Below are positions 25,635-39,323 of a DNA stretch of 64,000 nucleotides, piece after piece. A program made the translations under genes and the position numbers. The notes beneath the pieces were generated by a model, which saw only the letters and a program-made list of their open reading frames with translations, was not told where the DNA came from and made no database searches. Positions within the stretch are counted from its first letter, which is position 1; every line of letters starts with the position of its first letter. Source of the DNA: Entomortierella parvispora E1425 (taxonomy: Eukaryota; Fungi; Mortierellomycota); contig BQFW01000010.1 of the NCBI GenBank assembly GCA_020891255.1, positions 558,001 to 622,000 of the forward strand, written 5' to 3'.

Positions 25635-25891
25635 CAGTAACCCTGAAAAAGTCACCGGCGAAAAAATTTTGAAAAAAAAAGGGTGACACAAAACGATTTT
25701 TTGCGTGCTAAAGCCATGTAATTTTGCCCTCGCCTTTTTTTTTTCTAATTTTCGATCAGTCCTCGCCGTTCACTTCTATGAGAGGTCCCCTTAGTTAGAA
25801 TAAAGTGATCCTGGCGGAGACCAAAATCATGCTCGCCTCCCCTCCCTGAATCACCCCATATAAATTTCTACTCAGGTTAAAACAGAAAATC
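25635..25891 (+). repeat. Left terminal inverted repeat (~257 bp)
   Basis: Begins CAGTAACCCTGAAAAAGTCACC; reverse complement of 27135-27392. Confidence 0.95.
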
Positions 25892-25970
25892 GCACGTGAT
25901 CATCGATGAGAGAAAAAAGCTCCGTCATTCCATCTCCCATTTCATCCTCATCCACGCATTCCTCATCACC

Positions 25971-27084
25971 ATGCCTCGAATTCATCCGGTGGCTGCAAGG
26001 CAAGAACTTCTATCCAAACTGTTTCCCGCACCAGCTCCAGAAGCACCTCGGGAGGCAAGGAAAGAGCTCTCTCTTGAGATGCGGTACTTCATTGCGGGCA
26101 TGTATGCTGGAGGCTCCAAGTCAGCGGCCCAAATCTCAAGAGAGTTGCACATTCCTGTCTCGACCATCAAAGATACCCTTGCAAGTCTCAGGAACGATGG
26201 GCTTCCCTAAACCCATATTAAGAACCGGACGCCCGCGTAAGATGAGTGAACGAACTACCCGTGCTGTTGTTCGCTACCTTCTTAAGAATCGACGTGCCAC
26301 GGCGCAAGAATTGACTAACGCCGTCTCCCATATTTCTCCTCTTCATCGGGACACCGTTACAAAGGCCATTCTTCGCCTCAACTTTGCGTCTCGTATTGCA
26401 GCGAAGAAGCCATATCTTAAGCCGGCACATGAATTAGCCCGTCTTAACTTCGCAAAGAAGCACGAGAAGTGGACAGTAGAAGACTGGAAAAAGGTGATAT
26501 GGACGGACGAGTCAAGCTTTGAAATTGGAAAGAACTCGCGCCGAATACGTGTTTGGCGTCGTAGTTACGAGCGATTTCATTCAGACTGCCTTGCCTCCAC
26601 CTTCAAGTCCGGGCGGACGTCGGTTATGGTCTGGGGAGCATTCTGTGGGGATTTGAAGAAGTGCAAACTCATCCTAATCCCGAAGGACAAGCGCACCGCG
26701 GCAGACTATGTTAAGTACGTATACGAAAACGCACTTTCTGGATACTACAATCACGCGGAGAACCCATCTGAGCTCATCCTGATGGAGGATGGAGCACCCA
26801 CACACAAGTCTAATCTTCCGAAGGCATGGCGAGCGGCCTATGGGATGGATCGACTGGTTTGGCCGGCACAGTCACCAGACTTGAATCCTATAGAAAATGT
26901 TTGGAGGCTCATGAAAGCTTGGATCAGCCTGCAACCAATACCTTCCAACGAAGCAGAAATGTGGAAGCTTACTGAAGCCGCCTGGGAGCGTGTATCAGGG
27001 GACTTCTTGAACCGTCTTGTGGAGAGTATGCCCGCTCGGATGAAGGCCGTGATTGCTGCGAAAGGTGGAGCCACAAGGTGGTAG
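25971..27084 (+). CDS. Tc1-like transposase split into two frames (+1 at 26205-26210)
   Basis: Frame A from ATG 25971 encodes the HTH (RKELSLEMRYFIAG...AAQISRELHIPVSTI) and stops at TAA 26208-10. Frame B carries GRPRK, WKKVIWTDESSF, LMEDGAPTH and WPAQSPDLNPIENVW, with 34 residues counted between D2 and E. Confidence 0.9.
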
Positions 27085-27134
27085 TATAGTTTCTCCAGCC
27101 AAAAAGGACGGATCGTTTGTTGTAAATAATAGTT

Positions 27135-27392
27135 GATTTTCTGTTTTAACCTGAGTAGAAATTTATATGGGGTGATTCAGGGAGGGGAGGCGAGCATGAT
27201 TTTGGTCTCCGCCAGGATCACTTTATTCTAACTAAGGGGACCTCTCATAGAAGTGAACGGCGAGGACTGATCGAAAATCAGAAAAAAAAAAGGCGAGGGC
27301 AAAATTACATGGCTTTAGCACGCAAAAAATCGTTTTGTGTCACCCTTTTTTTTTTCAAAATTTTTTCGCCGGTGACTTTTTCAGGGTTACTG
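27135..27392 (-). repeat. Right terminal inverted repeat (~258 bp)
   Basis: Ends GGTGACTTTTTCAGGGTTACTG followed by TA. Confidence 0.95.
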
Positions 27393-27735
27393 TACACAGC
27401 AAGAGAGCAAGAAGGAAAGATGGAAGGATGCATCTCTTTGTGTCCTTTGTGTCCTTTGTGTCCTTTGTGTCCTTCTTTCCATTCATTCATTCATTCATTC
27501 ATTCATCCCCTGAACCCCCTTCTTTTCTCTCTTTTCTGTGCTTCTCTTCTTTGCATCTCTTCTTTGCTTCTCTTCTTTGCTTCTCTTCTTTGTTCTCTTT
27601 GTTCTCTTCTCACTCTTACTCTCTTACCCCCTCATTCCGTCTCTTTTTCTCTTCTCCACAACTCGGTGACATCCACCCCCCTTCATTCTATTTATTCCTC
27701 CTTTCTTTTTGGGTCAACTTTTTTTTCTTTCCCTC

Positions 27736-30504
27736 ATGCTCAGGTTCGTCAAGGAGGGCGCCCTCGATCTGCTCGCCTTCACCTTGCCGTCGTCCTTGCT
27801 CGAGTCCATCCGCCAGGTCTCTGAGGACGACTTTCTGGCCACGCAGCTGTCCCACCGACAGCGCCAGCCTCGCCTACGGAACTCGTCCTCGTCCTCCCAC
27901 AGGTCCGTGGCCACAGCCCGACGTGGACCTCGAGCACAGAGCAACAACCTGGTAATGCATCTTTTCCGTGCTCGGACAATTGACCATGGGCACACGCATT
28001 CATCATCCCTCTGACCCACTCTCTCTCTCGCTCTCTCTCTCTCTTTGTGTCGCCTGACTAAACAGCTGTGCGGTTCCCACTCCGCGTCTCGGCCACATGA
28101 TTTACCGACCGAACCGTTGGTCCCTTCGGTTCAGTTGCCATATGAGGTTCTCACCCTCGTCTTCCAGTTCCTTCCAGCCTCGGACCTCTTCTCGATCCTC
28201 GCCGTCTGCCGTCTCTGGCGCCAGATCGCACTTCAGGAAACCAAACATGTTGATCTGTCAGAGGGGTTCCCTATGGACTGTCTGGGGCTGGAGGAGAACG
28301 AGTACAGCGACTTTGACTTTGTCTACAACCTGTTCTCGATTTTTCCTCTGATCTCAAGTCTGGTCATCAAGGACAGGTACATGCGAGACCGCGACTTGCG
28401 TGTGGTCACTGCTGGAATCCTTGCCGGAAAGATGGCCTTCACACGACCTTACGGACCAGCTGTCGGGTCCCCCCAGTACATTGCAATTCGTAAAGCAATT
28501 GAAGAACAAAAGCAACTCCAGTTAGGACAACAGCCTCAACAACAAGATCCACAACAACAACAGCACATACCAGATCAAAATCAGGAACGAAATCAGGAAA
28601 ACGCTACGACGACAAAAGTGCCTCTGAAGGCAACAATAACAAAGGTCATGAGGGGCAGCATCAAGGAGCAACTGAGAGACTTTTCAAAATCGATAGGCAC
28701 CTATGTCCTCATTCCTCAGACACGAAAGACTTTACGCAAGAAGATCCTGGAGCGTCTGGAACAGAACCTGGAACAAAAAGAAGTCCAAGAGTACCTTTGG
28801 GTGCAGGAAAATGACATTGACCCGAACCTCCTCCCAACAACAGAGGCGACATACAGCACTTTGCCCTCCACTTCCATCTCTGGTCTGGATACGAAACGCT
28901 ACCCTTTGGTTCCAATGACCCACTATCGATTCCAAGACTGTTGCTTTGCCAATGACTGGGGCGCCGTCATGGATTTGAACAAGCTACCTATGATTGGTCT
29001 CGCTGCCGCTATTTCTGGCCAGGGACTTGTGGTCGACCTCGAGGGATCTTACGGCGCACCCTCAAGGAGCATCAAGTCAATGCTTGGATTCTGTTTTGGG
29101 GCCCACTGTGTCATTTCTTTGGAATTGAACTTTCGCCACACGCACATGGAGCTGGAGCATGTGGTTGAGCTCTTGAGCGAAAATCCAATCCTCTACAAGG
29201 TTGACATTGTTGACTCTGCAGCGTACCAGGATCTGATTCGACTTCCGGCTCTTCGTGGATTAGGAGGGATCATGGAGAAGATGCAAGATGCCTGTCTTGA
29301 CTTGGATGAAGGAGCTCTCGAGTCTCTGCTTATGCAAGCTCGTGTAGTTCTTCAAGGACTGGAAAAACAAATCTTACAAGAGGAAGAAGACCGCGAGCGC
29401 GCTGGCGCGCTTTCAAAAGGCTCCGAAGGAGAAGACTCTATAACAACTGAGGACCCTATGGAAGACGATATTCCGACAAGTCATCCTGCTGTTCGAGTTC
29501 GTCGCATTCGGGACGATGTCAGAAAACCAACAGAGTCCCTTACGCATCAGCTACCATTCAGTCGCACAACTCCTACTGCAGACAAATTTCGTACAGCCAA
29601 GGTCTTGCTCAAAGGAGTCGTGGATAACGGAGTAATAGGACTGATCAACACTCGGGACCGTCAGAGCGGACAGTCTCTATTGCATGCGCTTGCCTGGAGG
29701 AGGTCCTATATGTCACTAGTTGCCCAGTCACGGCATGCGGCTCTCCCGACCCCACCGTCATCACTCCAGGACAAGGGAACTTCCGGCATTCTTTCGTCGT
29801 CATTCCCTCCCAAAGGCTACTTTTCAAACCGAGGACCCTCTGGATTCTTTTCAACATCACCTCCTCAAGACCCTCCCATGTTCTCGGCAATCAATGACCA
29901 AGGAGCATCCCATGTTTCATTGCCACCCTCGGAAGACTCTCAGCCTGCATCACAGGCACCCGACAGCATAATGAGTGATCAACCAGCGATATCAAAGCTG
30001 TCGAGTCTACGATCCATTAGCGCACTGCCCGCAGCTCTGACTTCAGCACTTTCATTCCGTCGACTGAGTCTACCGGCTTCATCGATCTGGATCCCGCAAG
30101 ATAGTGAGGATATTGGTGTTGGCGGTGGGTCTCTCCCTACACCTGAGGCCGACGATAACGACGATGGTGATGCTGACAACGAACTGGAGCATGAAGCCAC
30201 GACTCTGAACACTGTCAATAGCAATGGACCTCTCGCCGTAGAGAAGGAGATGTCCCCCTTATCCAACCCAGCAGAAAAAGAGGAACCGCTTTTCATTCCT
30301 GAACATCATCCTGTTGGCATTGCGTTGCGGATGGCACAGTCGCTTTTGGATCTGAAGGCGGACCCCAACATATATAACCGCGATGGTGGCCGTTCTCCGG
30401 TTGTGTGTGCTTCGTTCATGGGATTTCAGCCTATGGAAACACTGTTGATCGCCCATGGGGGTTACTCCAAAGAACTGATTCGGATCCGAGAGTCTATGAA
30501 TTAG
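27736..30504 (+). CDS. F-box protein with split ankyrin-like repeats
   Basis: Probable ATG 27736, intron GTAATG..AACAG near 27952-28066. F-box QLPYEVLTLVFQFLPASDLFSILAVCRLWRQIA; ankyrin-like INTRDRQSGQSLLHALA and LLDLKADPNIYNRDGGRSPVVCAS...LLIAHGG. Confidence 0.7.
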
Positions 30505-30954
30505 TCATGTCCTTTTGCTCTGTATTTGTATTTGTAACCATTGTACCTCTATTGTTGCCTTTCTTTTTTTTTTTTCCTTTTTGCCCGCACCCCTTTACCC
30601 CTCTTGCCCTGTCATCGTGTCTTGACCTTTTATTACATAGAATGAGAACACGAAAATAATAAACCTGTAAAGTTATTGGTGGACATTCTCTTAGGATCGA
30701 CAATTCACGATCGACAAATATTTTTGGTTCCTGCTGGGTTGTTGGGTGTGCCTCAAAGCATGCAACGGCTGAGAATCAACCCGAATGGTCCCCACTTTGA
30801 TCCGAATGGATGGTCGCACGAGAACCATTTTTGCTCTTTTTTTTTTTTTTTTTTTTGTGCGTGTCCAACTCGTTGAGGTTGCTGAATCCCTCATCATCTC
30901 TTGTCTCCGGTCTCTCTCATCTCTCATCTCATTCACATTCCTCAGCATTCAGGC

Positions 30955-32914
30955 ATGTCTACCACTAACGAGCCCGTTTCTCCAGGGGCCAAGCCCCATG
31001 TCATTATCGTCGGTTCTGGAATCGGTGGTCTTACGCTTGCCCTTCTCCTAGAACGTGCTGGCGTTTCCTATGTCGTCCTGGAAAAGACCTCGTCTATCAA
31101 GCCTCTAGGTAAGAGAAGAGACCCTTGGTGTCCAAAGAACGAGCCTTGCTCATGAAGGAATCTCATCATCTGAACTGGTGGTCTGTGTTTCTTTCTCTTT
31201 AGGTTCTGCACTCTCTGTGGGCGGGCCCGTGACCTATCTCTTTCGTCAACTCGGCATTTTCGAAGAGTTTCAAAACAAGGCCCTAAAGTATGAAGAGGCC
31301 CAAGTCCATGACGGAGACTGCAAACCTACCTACAAACTGGATTTCCGACCTGTCGTTCCAATGTAAGTGAACCAACAAGGGGGCCCAATTGATGGAAAAT
31401 TCGTGTAAATGGCTGATTTTCTTTCTGCTTTCCTACATAGAACTGGCACCGACGGTTACATTGTTGCTCGGCCAGTTCTCTATGAAATGCTTTACAACAA
31501 GATCCCAAAGGAAAAGATCCATCTGAGCAAGCGTGTCCTTACAATCTTGAATGGAGATGTCGGTGCCCGTGTCGATTGCTCCGATGGATCCACATTCGAC
31601 GGAGATATCATCGTGGGAGCGGATGGTGCTTACTCTCCCGTGAGACAAGGGCTTTTCAAGTGGCTCAAACAGAACAACAAGTTGCCCTCTTCCGATGATG
31701 TCCCTATGCCCTACAACTGCGTCTGCTTGGTTGGCCAGACAGAAGAACTGAACCCAGAAGAGTTCCCCGAGGTCGGCGAGAGCGTTTGTGTTTTCAACAA
31801 CATGACCAGCACTACCAGTCCATTTACGGTAAGTCCAATTCGCCCAAATAAAGAATGACTTGGTGGTGGCCACCAACTTGACCTCGGCAACTGATTTAAA
31901 GGGTATACCCTCTTTACTATTGTAGTGGGTGACTTTTACCACTAAACAACGCACCATTTGTTGGATGGTGATCGAGCACTTGGACGGATCTTCTAGCAAG
32001 GAACACGATAGTTTCAGAAACTCGGACTGGGGACCTGAGGCAGCTGGCACTATGGCCCAGACAGTCCGCCATTTCCCAATCCCAAATGGTGGAAAGTCAG
32101 GAATGACCTTGGGTGATGTGTTTGACAAGACGAGCAAGGATCTAATGTCCAAGGTCGTTCTGGAAGAGAAGGTCTACAAGACTTGGTACGGCGGTCGAAC
32201 CGTTCTTTTGGGTGATGGTAAGTATGGATGGGTCGATGCGCTTGAAGAAACGAGAGGGTACCAACATATTGAGAATTTACCTAACAAACATTTTTCCTTT
32301 TTTTTTTTTTTTTTTTCTGCTCCACAATACCAATGTTTTCAATCAGCTTGCCACAAGGTAAAACTCCACTGGCCTGAGAGAGCAATGCTGTGATACCAAC
32401 GATGCCATGTTACTGACAAAAGAGCACATCTCTCCCTCTTATCCCTCTTACTTAACACTAGCTCAATCCCTCTGGTGGAGCTGGGGCTATGTCGGCAGTT
32501 CATGATGCTATCTGCCTGGCCAATTGGATCAATGTCCTTCCCACTCTTGCTGTGAAGGATGTTGAAGGGATATTCAAAGAATACTACAATGAACGGGAAC
32601 CCCATGTTTCGGTTGCCTATCAGACGAGTGTGGCACTCGCCAAGAGCCTTCAAAAGACTACGGCAGCCGCCATTGTCCGTTATCTTACAGCCCATATGCC
32701 AAAGTGGATGTGGGCGATCTATTTGAAAAAGATGACAGCGTATCGCCCCCAGGTGTCGTTTTTGGACCCAGCAAAAGACACGGGCACCGTTCGCCCCAGT
32801 AGCCAGCCCAGTTTGATTAAGACCAGGATTTTATTCGAGGCGCTTTTGAAGAAGCAGCAAAAGAGTTCTCCGCCTTTGTCTTCATCGACCACTGCCACAC
32901 CTGCCGTTGTTTAA
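30955..32914 (+). CDS. FAD-dependent monooxygenase (class A, FAD_binding_3), copy 1
   Basis: Six exons; VIIVGSGIGGL (GxGxxG), DIIVGADGAYSPVR (DG motif), RTVLLGD|ACHK|LNPSGGAG (GD motif). Splices in frame. Confidence 0.9.
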
Positions 32915-33211
32915 GCCACCGCGTAGACCGTGGACGCTAAATTGTCTTTTCTCCATGGCCTGTTGTTTACGAGAACTGGGCCACAGAGCGGCCTTTCCCA
33001 CAAGTAGCACATTTTGCGTGAATAAAGAATGGGGCACATCAAACTATTGCTAGCTTGGGACGACGAGCCTCCACAAATATATCCCATTTTTTTCAATCAG
33101 CACACCACAAGGTATCCTGTCCACATGTTGAAAGAGCAGTTACGAAATAATTGACATTGACCGACCGGTGTATTGATGAAAGGGTGCGTATTCTGCATTG
33201 CAACACTCTAG

Positions 33212-33470
33212 TTGAATCCTTCGGAGGGTGGAGTTGTAGACATCTAGTCGATTCTAGACGCCATCTGTCTTGCCAATTGGATCAACGTCCTTCCCTCCCT
33301 TGCCATAGAGGATCTTGAGACGACCTTAAAGATTCTTCAGTAGGCGCTCTCTTCCCGTCATAGCTCGACCAAGACCAAGATTCTATTTGGGGCAACTGCT
33401 CCAGAAACAACAGCAGAAGAGCTCCTTGCCTTTGTCTTCTTCGATCACTGCTACGCCTGCTATTGTGTAG
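33212..33470 (+). pseudogene. Remnant last exon of an FAD monooxygenase with internal deletion
   Basis: Acceptor then LNPSEGG, DAICLANWINVLPSLAIEDLETTLK, then directly KTKILF...LLQKQQQKSSLPLSSSITATPAIV*, resembling the copy 1 C-terminus. Confidence 0.8.
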
Positions 33471-33921
33471 GCAATCAATGGAAGCATGGTGTGCAGCTGG
33501 AGGGCGAAAAAATAAAAGGATCGTAGCATCACGTCTTGAAAAAAAACCTTCCTTCATTATGTTTGTAGGACGCGACGTGACGCGACGCGTCAAGGTGAGC
33601 GAATGTTCCTTGGGCATCAACGTGCAAGGTGCAAGTGATCTTGACTCACGACACTACTTCAGTGGAAGTTGCGACGATGGATGAGCTCTCAATCTTGTGC
33701 TCCGGCTTGTCCTCAATGATTGTTGCACCAGAGTTTTCTTCTCGCCTTGTGCCTCAACTTTTAGTACCTGCTCATCTCATTCATTTCGAGCATCTTCCAT
33801 CTCTTCCATTCCTGCCCTTTCTCATTCGTTCTCTCATTCGTCATCCCTCATCTCTCATCTACATCAACAACAGGAAACCAAACCTTTATCCCACCTTGTG
33901 TGCTGAACCTCGCCATAACTG

Positions 33922-35851
33922 ATGTCTGCCAAGCAACCTGTCTCTCCAGGGGCCAAGCCCCATGTCGTTATCGTCGGAGCTGGAATCGGCGGTCTCGCCC
34001 TTGCTCTGCTTTTGGAGCGTGCCGGGGTCTCCTATGTTATCCTGGAAAAGACCTCGTCCATCAAGCCCCTAGGTAACTAACCTCAATGATTACACAGAAG
34101 TCTTGTAAACTAAGTTCCTACGCTCAAACGACATCTTTCTATGTGCAGGTTCTGCCATCGCTGTCTCCGGACAACTGACTTATCTCTTCCGTCAGCTTGA
34201 TATTCTGGAAGAATTTCAAGACAAGTCTCTGTTGTACGATGAGGCTCATGTGCACGATGGCGACTGTAAGCCTACATACAACTTGGATTTCCGACCAGGC
34301 GCCCCAATGTAAGCGAAAGCAGAAATGATCTCCTGAAGTAAGATTATGGTCAAATCGTTTATTCCATCTTTTTTTTTTTTTTTTCTCTTAGGACTGGCTC
34401 GGATGCCTACATTGTTGCCCGGCCAATTCTTTACGAATTACTCTACAGCAAGATCCCCAAGGATAAAATCCATTTGAACAAGCGTGTTCTCACCATTCTT
34501 AACGGGGACGTTGGTGCTCGTGTCGACTGCTCGGATGGGTCCACTTTCGACGGAGACATTATTGTAGGGGCTGATGGGGCATACTCTCCAGTAAGACAAG
34601 GTCTTTTCAAGTGGCTCAAGAAGAACAACAAACTGCCCTCTTCAGATGATGTCCCTATGCCCTACAACTGCGTCTGCTTGGTTGGCCAGACGGAAAAGCT
34701 GGACCCTGAGGAGTTTCCCGACATCGGGAAAAGCATTTGTATTTTCAACAACATGACAAGTACTTCTACCCCCTTCACGGTAATTCTACTCTTTTTTGGA
34801 TGTATTTCTGTTGTATAATGTAAACTTGGTCACCTAACGAGGAAATTCTTTCAAACATATTAGTGGGCGACCTTTACCACCAAGCAACATACCATCTGTT
34901 GGATGGTGCTCGAGCATTTGAACGAATCCTCGAGCAAAGAACATGACAGCTTCAGAAACTCCGACTGGGGTCCCGAAGCAGCTAGCGCGATGGCTCAGGC
35001 AACTCGTGATTTCCCAATCCTGAATGGTGGAAAGCTTGGAAAGACCATGGGTCACCTGTTTGACAAGACGGGGAAGGATTTGATGTCTAAGATCGTTCTG
35101 GAAGAGAAGGTATACAAGACTTGGTACGGTGGTCGAACTGTTTTATTAGGAGATGGTAAGGGCCAGACGATTGAAGAAGTATGGAAGATGAAACAATCAA
35201 GGACAGGGCTAACGGTATTCGTTTGTGTGTTTCACCCCTTCCTTCCAACATTATCGCTTTCAAATCAGCATGCCACAAGGTAACGCATCCACAGAATCAG
35301 TAATGATATGATTTTGTGTTTGACACAACACTGACTAAAGAGTACATCTCTCTCTCCTCCTCCTCCCCTTCTCACTCTCTCTTTCTCTCGTATTAACATA
35401 GCTGAATCCTGCTGCCGGAGCTGGAGCAATGTCAGCAGTTCACGATGCCATCTGTCTTGCTAATTGGATCAATGTCCTTCCCTCCCTTGCGGTCAAGGAT
35501 ATTGAAGCGATATTCAAAGAATACTATGACGAACGACAACCCCATGTCATGGCTGCCTACCAGTCCAGCGTGACGCTCGCTAAGACCCTTGAAAAAACCA
35601 CGGCTGCCGCCATTGTTCGGTATCTTATCTGGCACATGCCAAAGTGGCTGTGGATACTTGTTTTGAAAAATAGGTGTGCATATCGTCCCCAGGCATCGTT
35701 CTTGGACCCTGTCAAGGACACGGGCACGGTCCGCCCTTGTGAACAGCCGAGTTTGATCAAGACCAAGATTCTACTTGATATATTAACCAAGAAGCAGAGA
35801 GTGGTGTCATCTGCGCCTTCCCCCACTACTGCCACGCCTGTTATTGTCTAA
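33922..35851 (+). CDS. FAD-dependent monooxygenase, copy 2
   Basis: Same six-exon structure; ATG 33922 MSAKQPVSPGAKPHVVIVGAGIGG; joins in frame. Confidence 0.9.
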
Positions 35852-36315
35852 GGGTCCGCGTCAATCGTGCACTTTAATTCATTCCTTTTGCTTGTCCTAC
35901 ATAGCCAGGTAAAAAAAAAAAAAATGAAGCACAATAGCAACATTCGTGCCGCGAATCCGTTTGAAAATCGGGGGTGTGAGGCAATGTGTCCATGGGATGG
36001 ACACTCCTCGAGCGTCCATGTACATGTTGCAAGGGCTTCTGATTCACAGAAACCCCTGCACTGGAAGTTACGACCAGAAAAAAGCTCTCGATCTTGGACA
36101 CAGCTTGATCAAATCTGATTGTTGCGTGCACCAGAATCCATTGCTCACCTTGTGTCCAACTTTGCCTGCTTGCTCACGCTCACCTCATGCACTCATTCGC
36201 TTTGATCATCGACCATCTCCATCTCCTCCATTGTCCTCATCCATCATCCATCTCATCTGTCATCTCCTGTTTCCAAGAGTATAGAAAGTCGACCCAAGTC
36301 TTTAGTCTTGAACCG

Positions 36316-38308
36316 ATGTCTGCCAACGACCAACCCGTGTCTCCAGGGGCCAAACCCCATGTCGTTATCGTCGGAGCTGGAATTGGAGGACTTACGCTTG
36401 CCCTTCTGCTGGAGCGCGCAGGTGTGCCCTACGTTGTCCTGGAGAAGACTTCATCCATCAAGCCACTCGGTAAAATAAAAAAGCGCTTCCCCAATCAGAC
36501 GCCCTATTTCCTGCCTGGAGAAGTAATGTACGAGCAAACTTGCTAAACTTTCGCTTCCTTTCTTCAGGATCTGCCCTTTCTCTTTCAGGCACTGTGACCT
36601 GTCTCTTCCAGCAACTCGGCCTCTTGGAGGAGTTTCAAGAAGCATCTCTCAAGTTGGAAACTGTCAATGGATACGATGGGAATTGCAAGCCTACCTATCT
36701 TTTGAATTTTGAGCAGCTTCGTAAATTGTAAGCACAAGAGTGGCGTCGTGAGCGGCGACTACCCCAGACATTGATCGCCAGTTATTTTTCCATCGGGCTT
36801 TGCGGCCACCACTAGGTCTGGCTCTGATGCCTATATCGTTGCTCGTCCCAGGGTCTACGACATGCTCTACAACAAGATCCCAAAGGAAAAAATCTATCTG
36901 AACAAGCGTGTCCTTTCGATCCTGAACGGAGACATTGGTGCCCGTGTCACTTGCACTGATGGATCTAACTTTGATGGGGATGTCATTGTTGGGGCCGATG
37001 GAGCGTACTCTCCAGTGAGACAAGGCCTCTTCCAGTGGCTCAAGAAGAACAACAGACTGCCTTCTTCAGACGATGTCCCGATGCCTTACAGCTGCGTCTG
37101 CCTGGTCGGGCAGACTAGGGAACTTGATCCAGAAGAGTTCCCTGCTATTGGCAAGCCCTCCAGTGCTTTTGACGCCATGATCAGCATTACTCCTCCATAC
37201 ACGGTACACGCAGAATGATAATGTGATGCAGCTAGACCTCATAATGTTTCCTCCTCTGAATTACATTTCGCTCTGTACCTAGGAGTTCTATTTTCCTAGG
37301 AAACTAATTGACTTCATTCTACGCACCCGTCTCTGAACTGTACTTTAGTGGGTGACTTTCACGACCAAACAGCGGACAATCTGTTGGATGGTGGTCGAGC
37401 AACTCAATGGTGCTTCGAGTAAAGAACACGACAACTTTCGAAACTCAGAGTGGGGACAAGAAGCGGCAGAGGCCATGGCTAATAAGTTGCGCGATTTTCC
37501 AATCTTCAACAACGGCACTTCCGGAAAGACCTTGGGAGATCTGATTGACAAGACGGACAAGAACTTGATATCAAAGGTAGTTTTGGAGGAAAAGGTTTAC
37601 AAGACCTGGTACGGTGGTCGAACCGTTCTTATAGGCGACGGTAATTAATGAATGATGTCTGCAAAGAGGCACTATGAGATATCCGGAACATATGACTAAC
37701 ACCTTCGTGGCCTTGCTGCTGAATTTATTCTATAACTAGCTTGCCACAAGGTAAATCGATAGCCTACACGCAAAGACCGAAGACGGAATATATTATCAAG
37801 CGGTGATGCTTATAGTACAAACTTTTGCCTTGTTCATCCTCTCTTGCTATAGTTGAATCCGTCGGGTGGCGCTGGAGCCATGTCGGCGATCCATGACGCC
37901 CTCTGCCTTGCCAATTGGCTGAACGTCCTTCCGTCGCTCTCTGTTAAGGATATTGAGTCCTCCTTCAAGGAGTACTACCAAGAGCGCTATCCATACGTCC
38001 TGGAAGCGTACAAAGCGAGCGCCATGCGTGCAAAGATCCTTGAAAACAGCTTTGGAGGTGCTATTGCACGTTTCATTAACGCCAAAATGCCAAAGTGGCT
38101 ATTTATGATTGTTTTGAAGAAATCGGCTGAATACCGCCCGCAAGCATCATTCTTGGACCCTGCTGAGGACTTGGGCACAGTTCGTGCCAAAGGGCAAACG
38201 AGTTTGGCCAAGACCAGGATTTTAATACAAGCGTTGCTCAAGAAGCAGCAACAGGGGGCTTCTTTGCTATTGCAGCCGACCATATCTGCTGACCCTGCTG
38301 TTGTCTAA
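36316..38308 (+). CDS. FAD-dependent monooxygenase, copy 3
   Basis: Same exon structure; MSANDQPVSPGAKPH...; joins in frame. Confidence 0.9.
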
Positions 38309-39323
38309 AGGAGGTCCCAAGTAGGCGGATAGAACGATTCTAGAACTTAAAACCTTTCACGAAGAGATATCAAACCAGAGAAGGCAAGATGGCTTTTGCG
38401 CTAGTATGGCCCAAAAAAAGAGGGTTAGATGTAGCACAAGGACTTTTTTTTCATTCTCTCTTCGGAGCATCTTGGGTCGAAAAACCGTTGCACAAAAACC
38501 AACGGCGACTACCACGCCCGTCGTTGTTTAAGCAATCGTACAGATAATAGCCTCGTTCACTTCTTGCGCGCTTTCGTTTTCTTGTTTTCGTTTTCTCTTT
38601 TTAAGGTCTTTGTGCGACTTTCGTGCGACCATTGAAAACGATTTCCTCACTGAAAAGCGACTCGACGTCGCTTTCCTTGCTCAAAATCGCCTTTCGCCAA
38701 CACATCATCCATCACGAAGGTTGCACAAAAGTCGTACAAACCCCAAAGACACCCCTTAAAAAGAGAAAACGAAAACGAGAAAACGAAAGCGCGCAAGAAG
38801 TGAACGAGGCTAATGAATGGCAGTTTGTTTCGCTCTATCATGAACCCACCTTCCTTGTGTGGTCCCTATTATTTAAGACAACCAAGCCGGATGGCGTCCA
38901 AGTCGAGGAGTTGACTTTTTTTTTTTAATCCTAGCAAAAAGGGAAAAACCATCATTTTTGGTGGCGTCACATTTGTCAAGGGCTGCGACGTGACGCGTCG
39001 CGTATGAAGGTGGCGAACTTCTTGAGGATGAAGCAGAAAGGATGATGCCCATGGTTTTCGTCCTTTTTGGCTCCCGACGTAGCGTCAAGTGGATTTTGGG
39101 ACCAATAGCAAGTCATCGATCTTGTACACAGCTTTGCCGTTATACTGGCATCAATTGCTCTCTTGTGTTTCTTCTTCGCTGCCTCATCTCATTCGGGGCA
39201 TCTCTTCATCTGTCTCATCTTCATTTCCATCCCTCATCCCTCATCCCTCATCCCTCATCCCTCATTCGTCTTCCACTTCGCACTACACCTCCACCAGCAC
39301 GTTGAGCGTCATTTCATTAATCC

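Larger units (their letters stand above)
25635..27392 (+). mobile_element. Tc1-family (IS630-Tc1-mariner, DD34E) DNA transposon, full length, recent
   Basis: TIRs 25635-25891 and 27135-27392 (one substitution plus one homopolymer length difference seen); TA duplicated at 25633-34 and 27393-94 in a TGTACA context. Confidence 0.95.
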
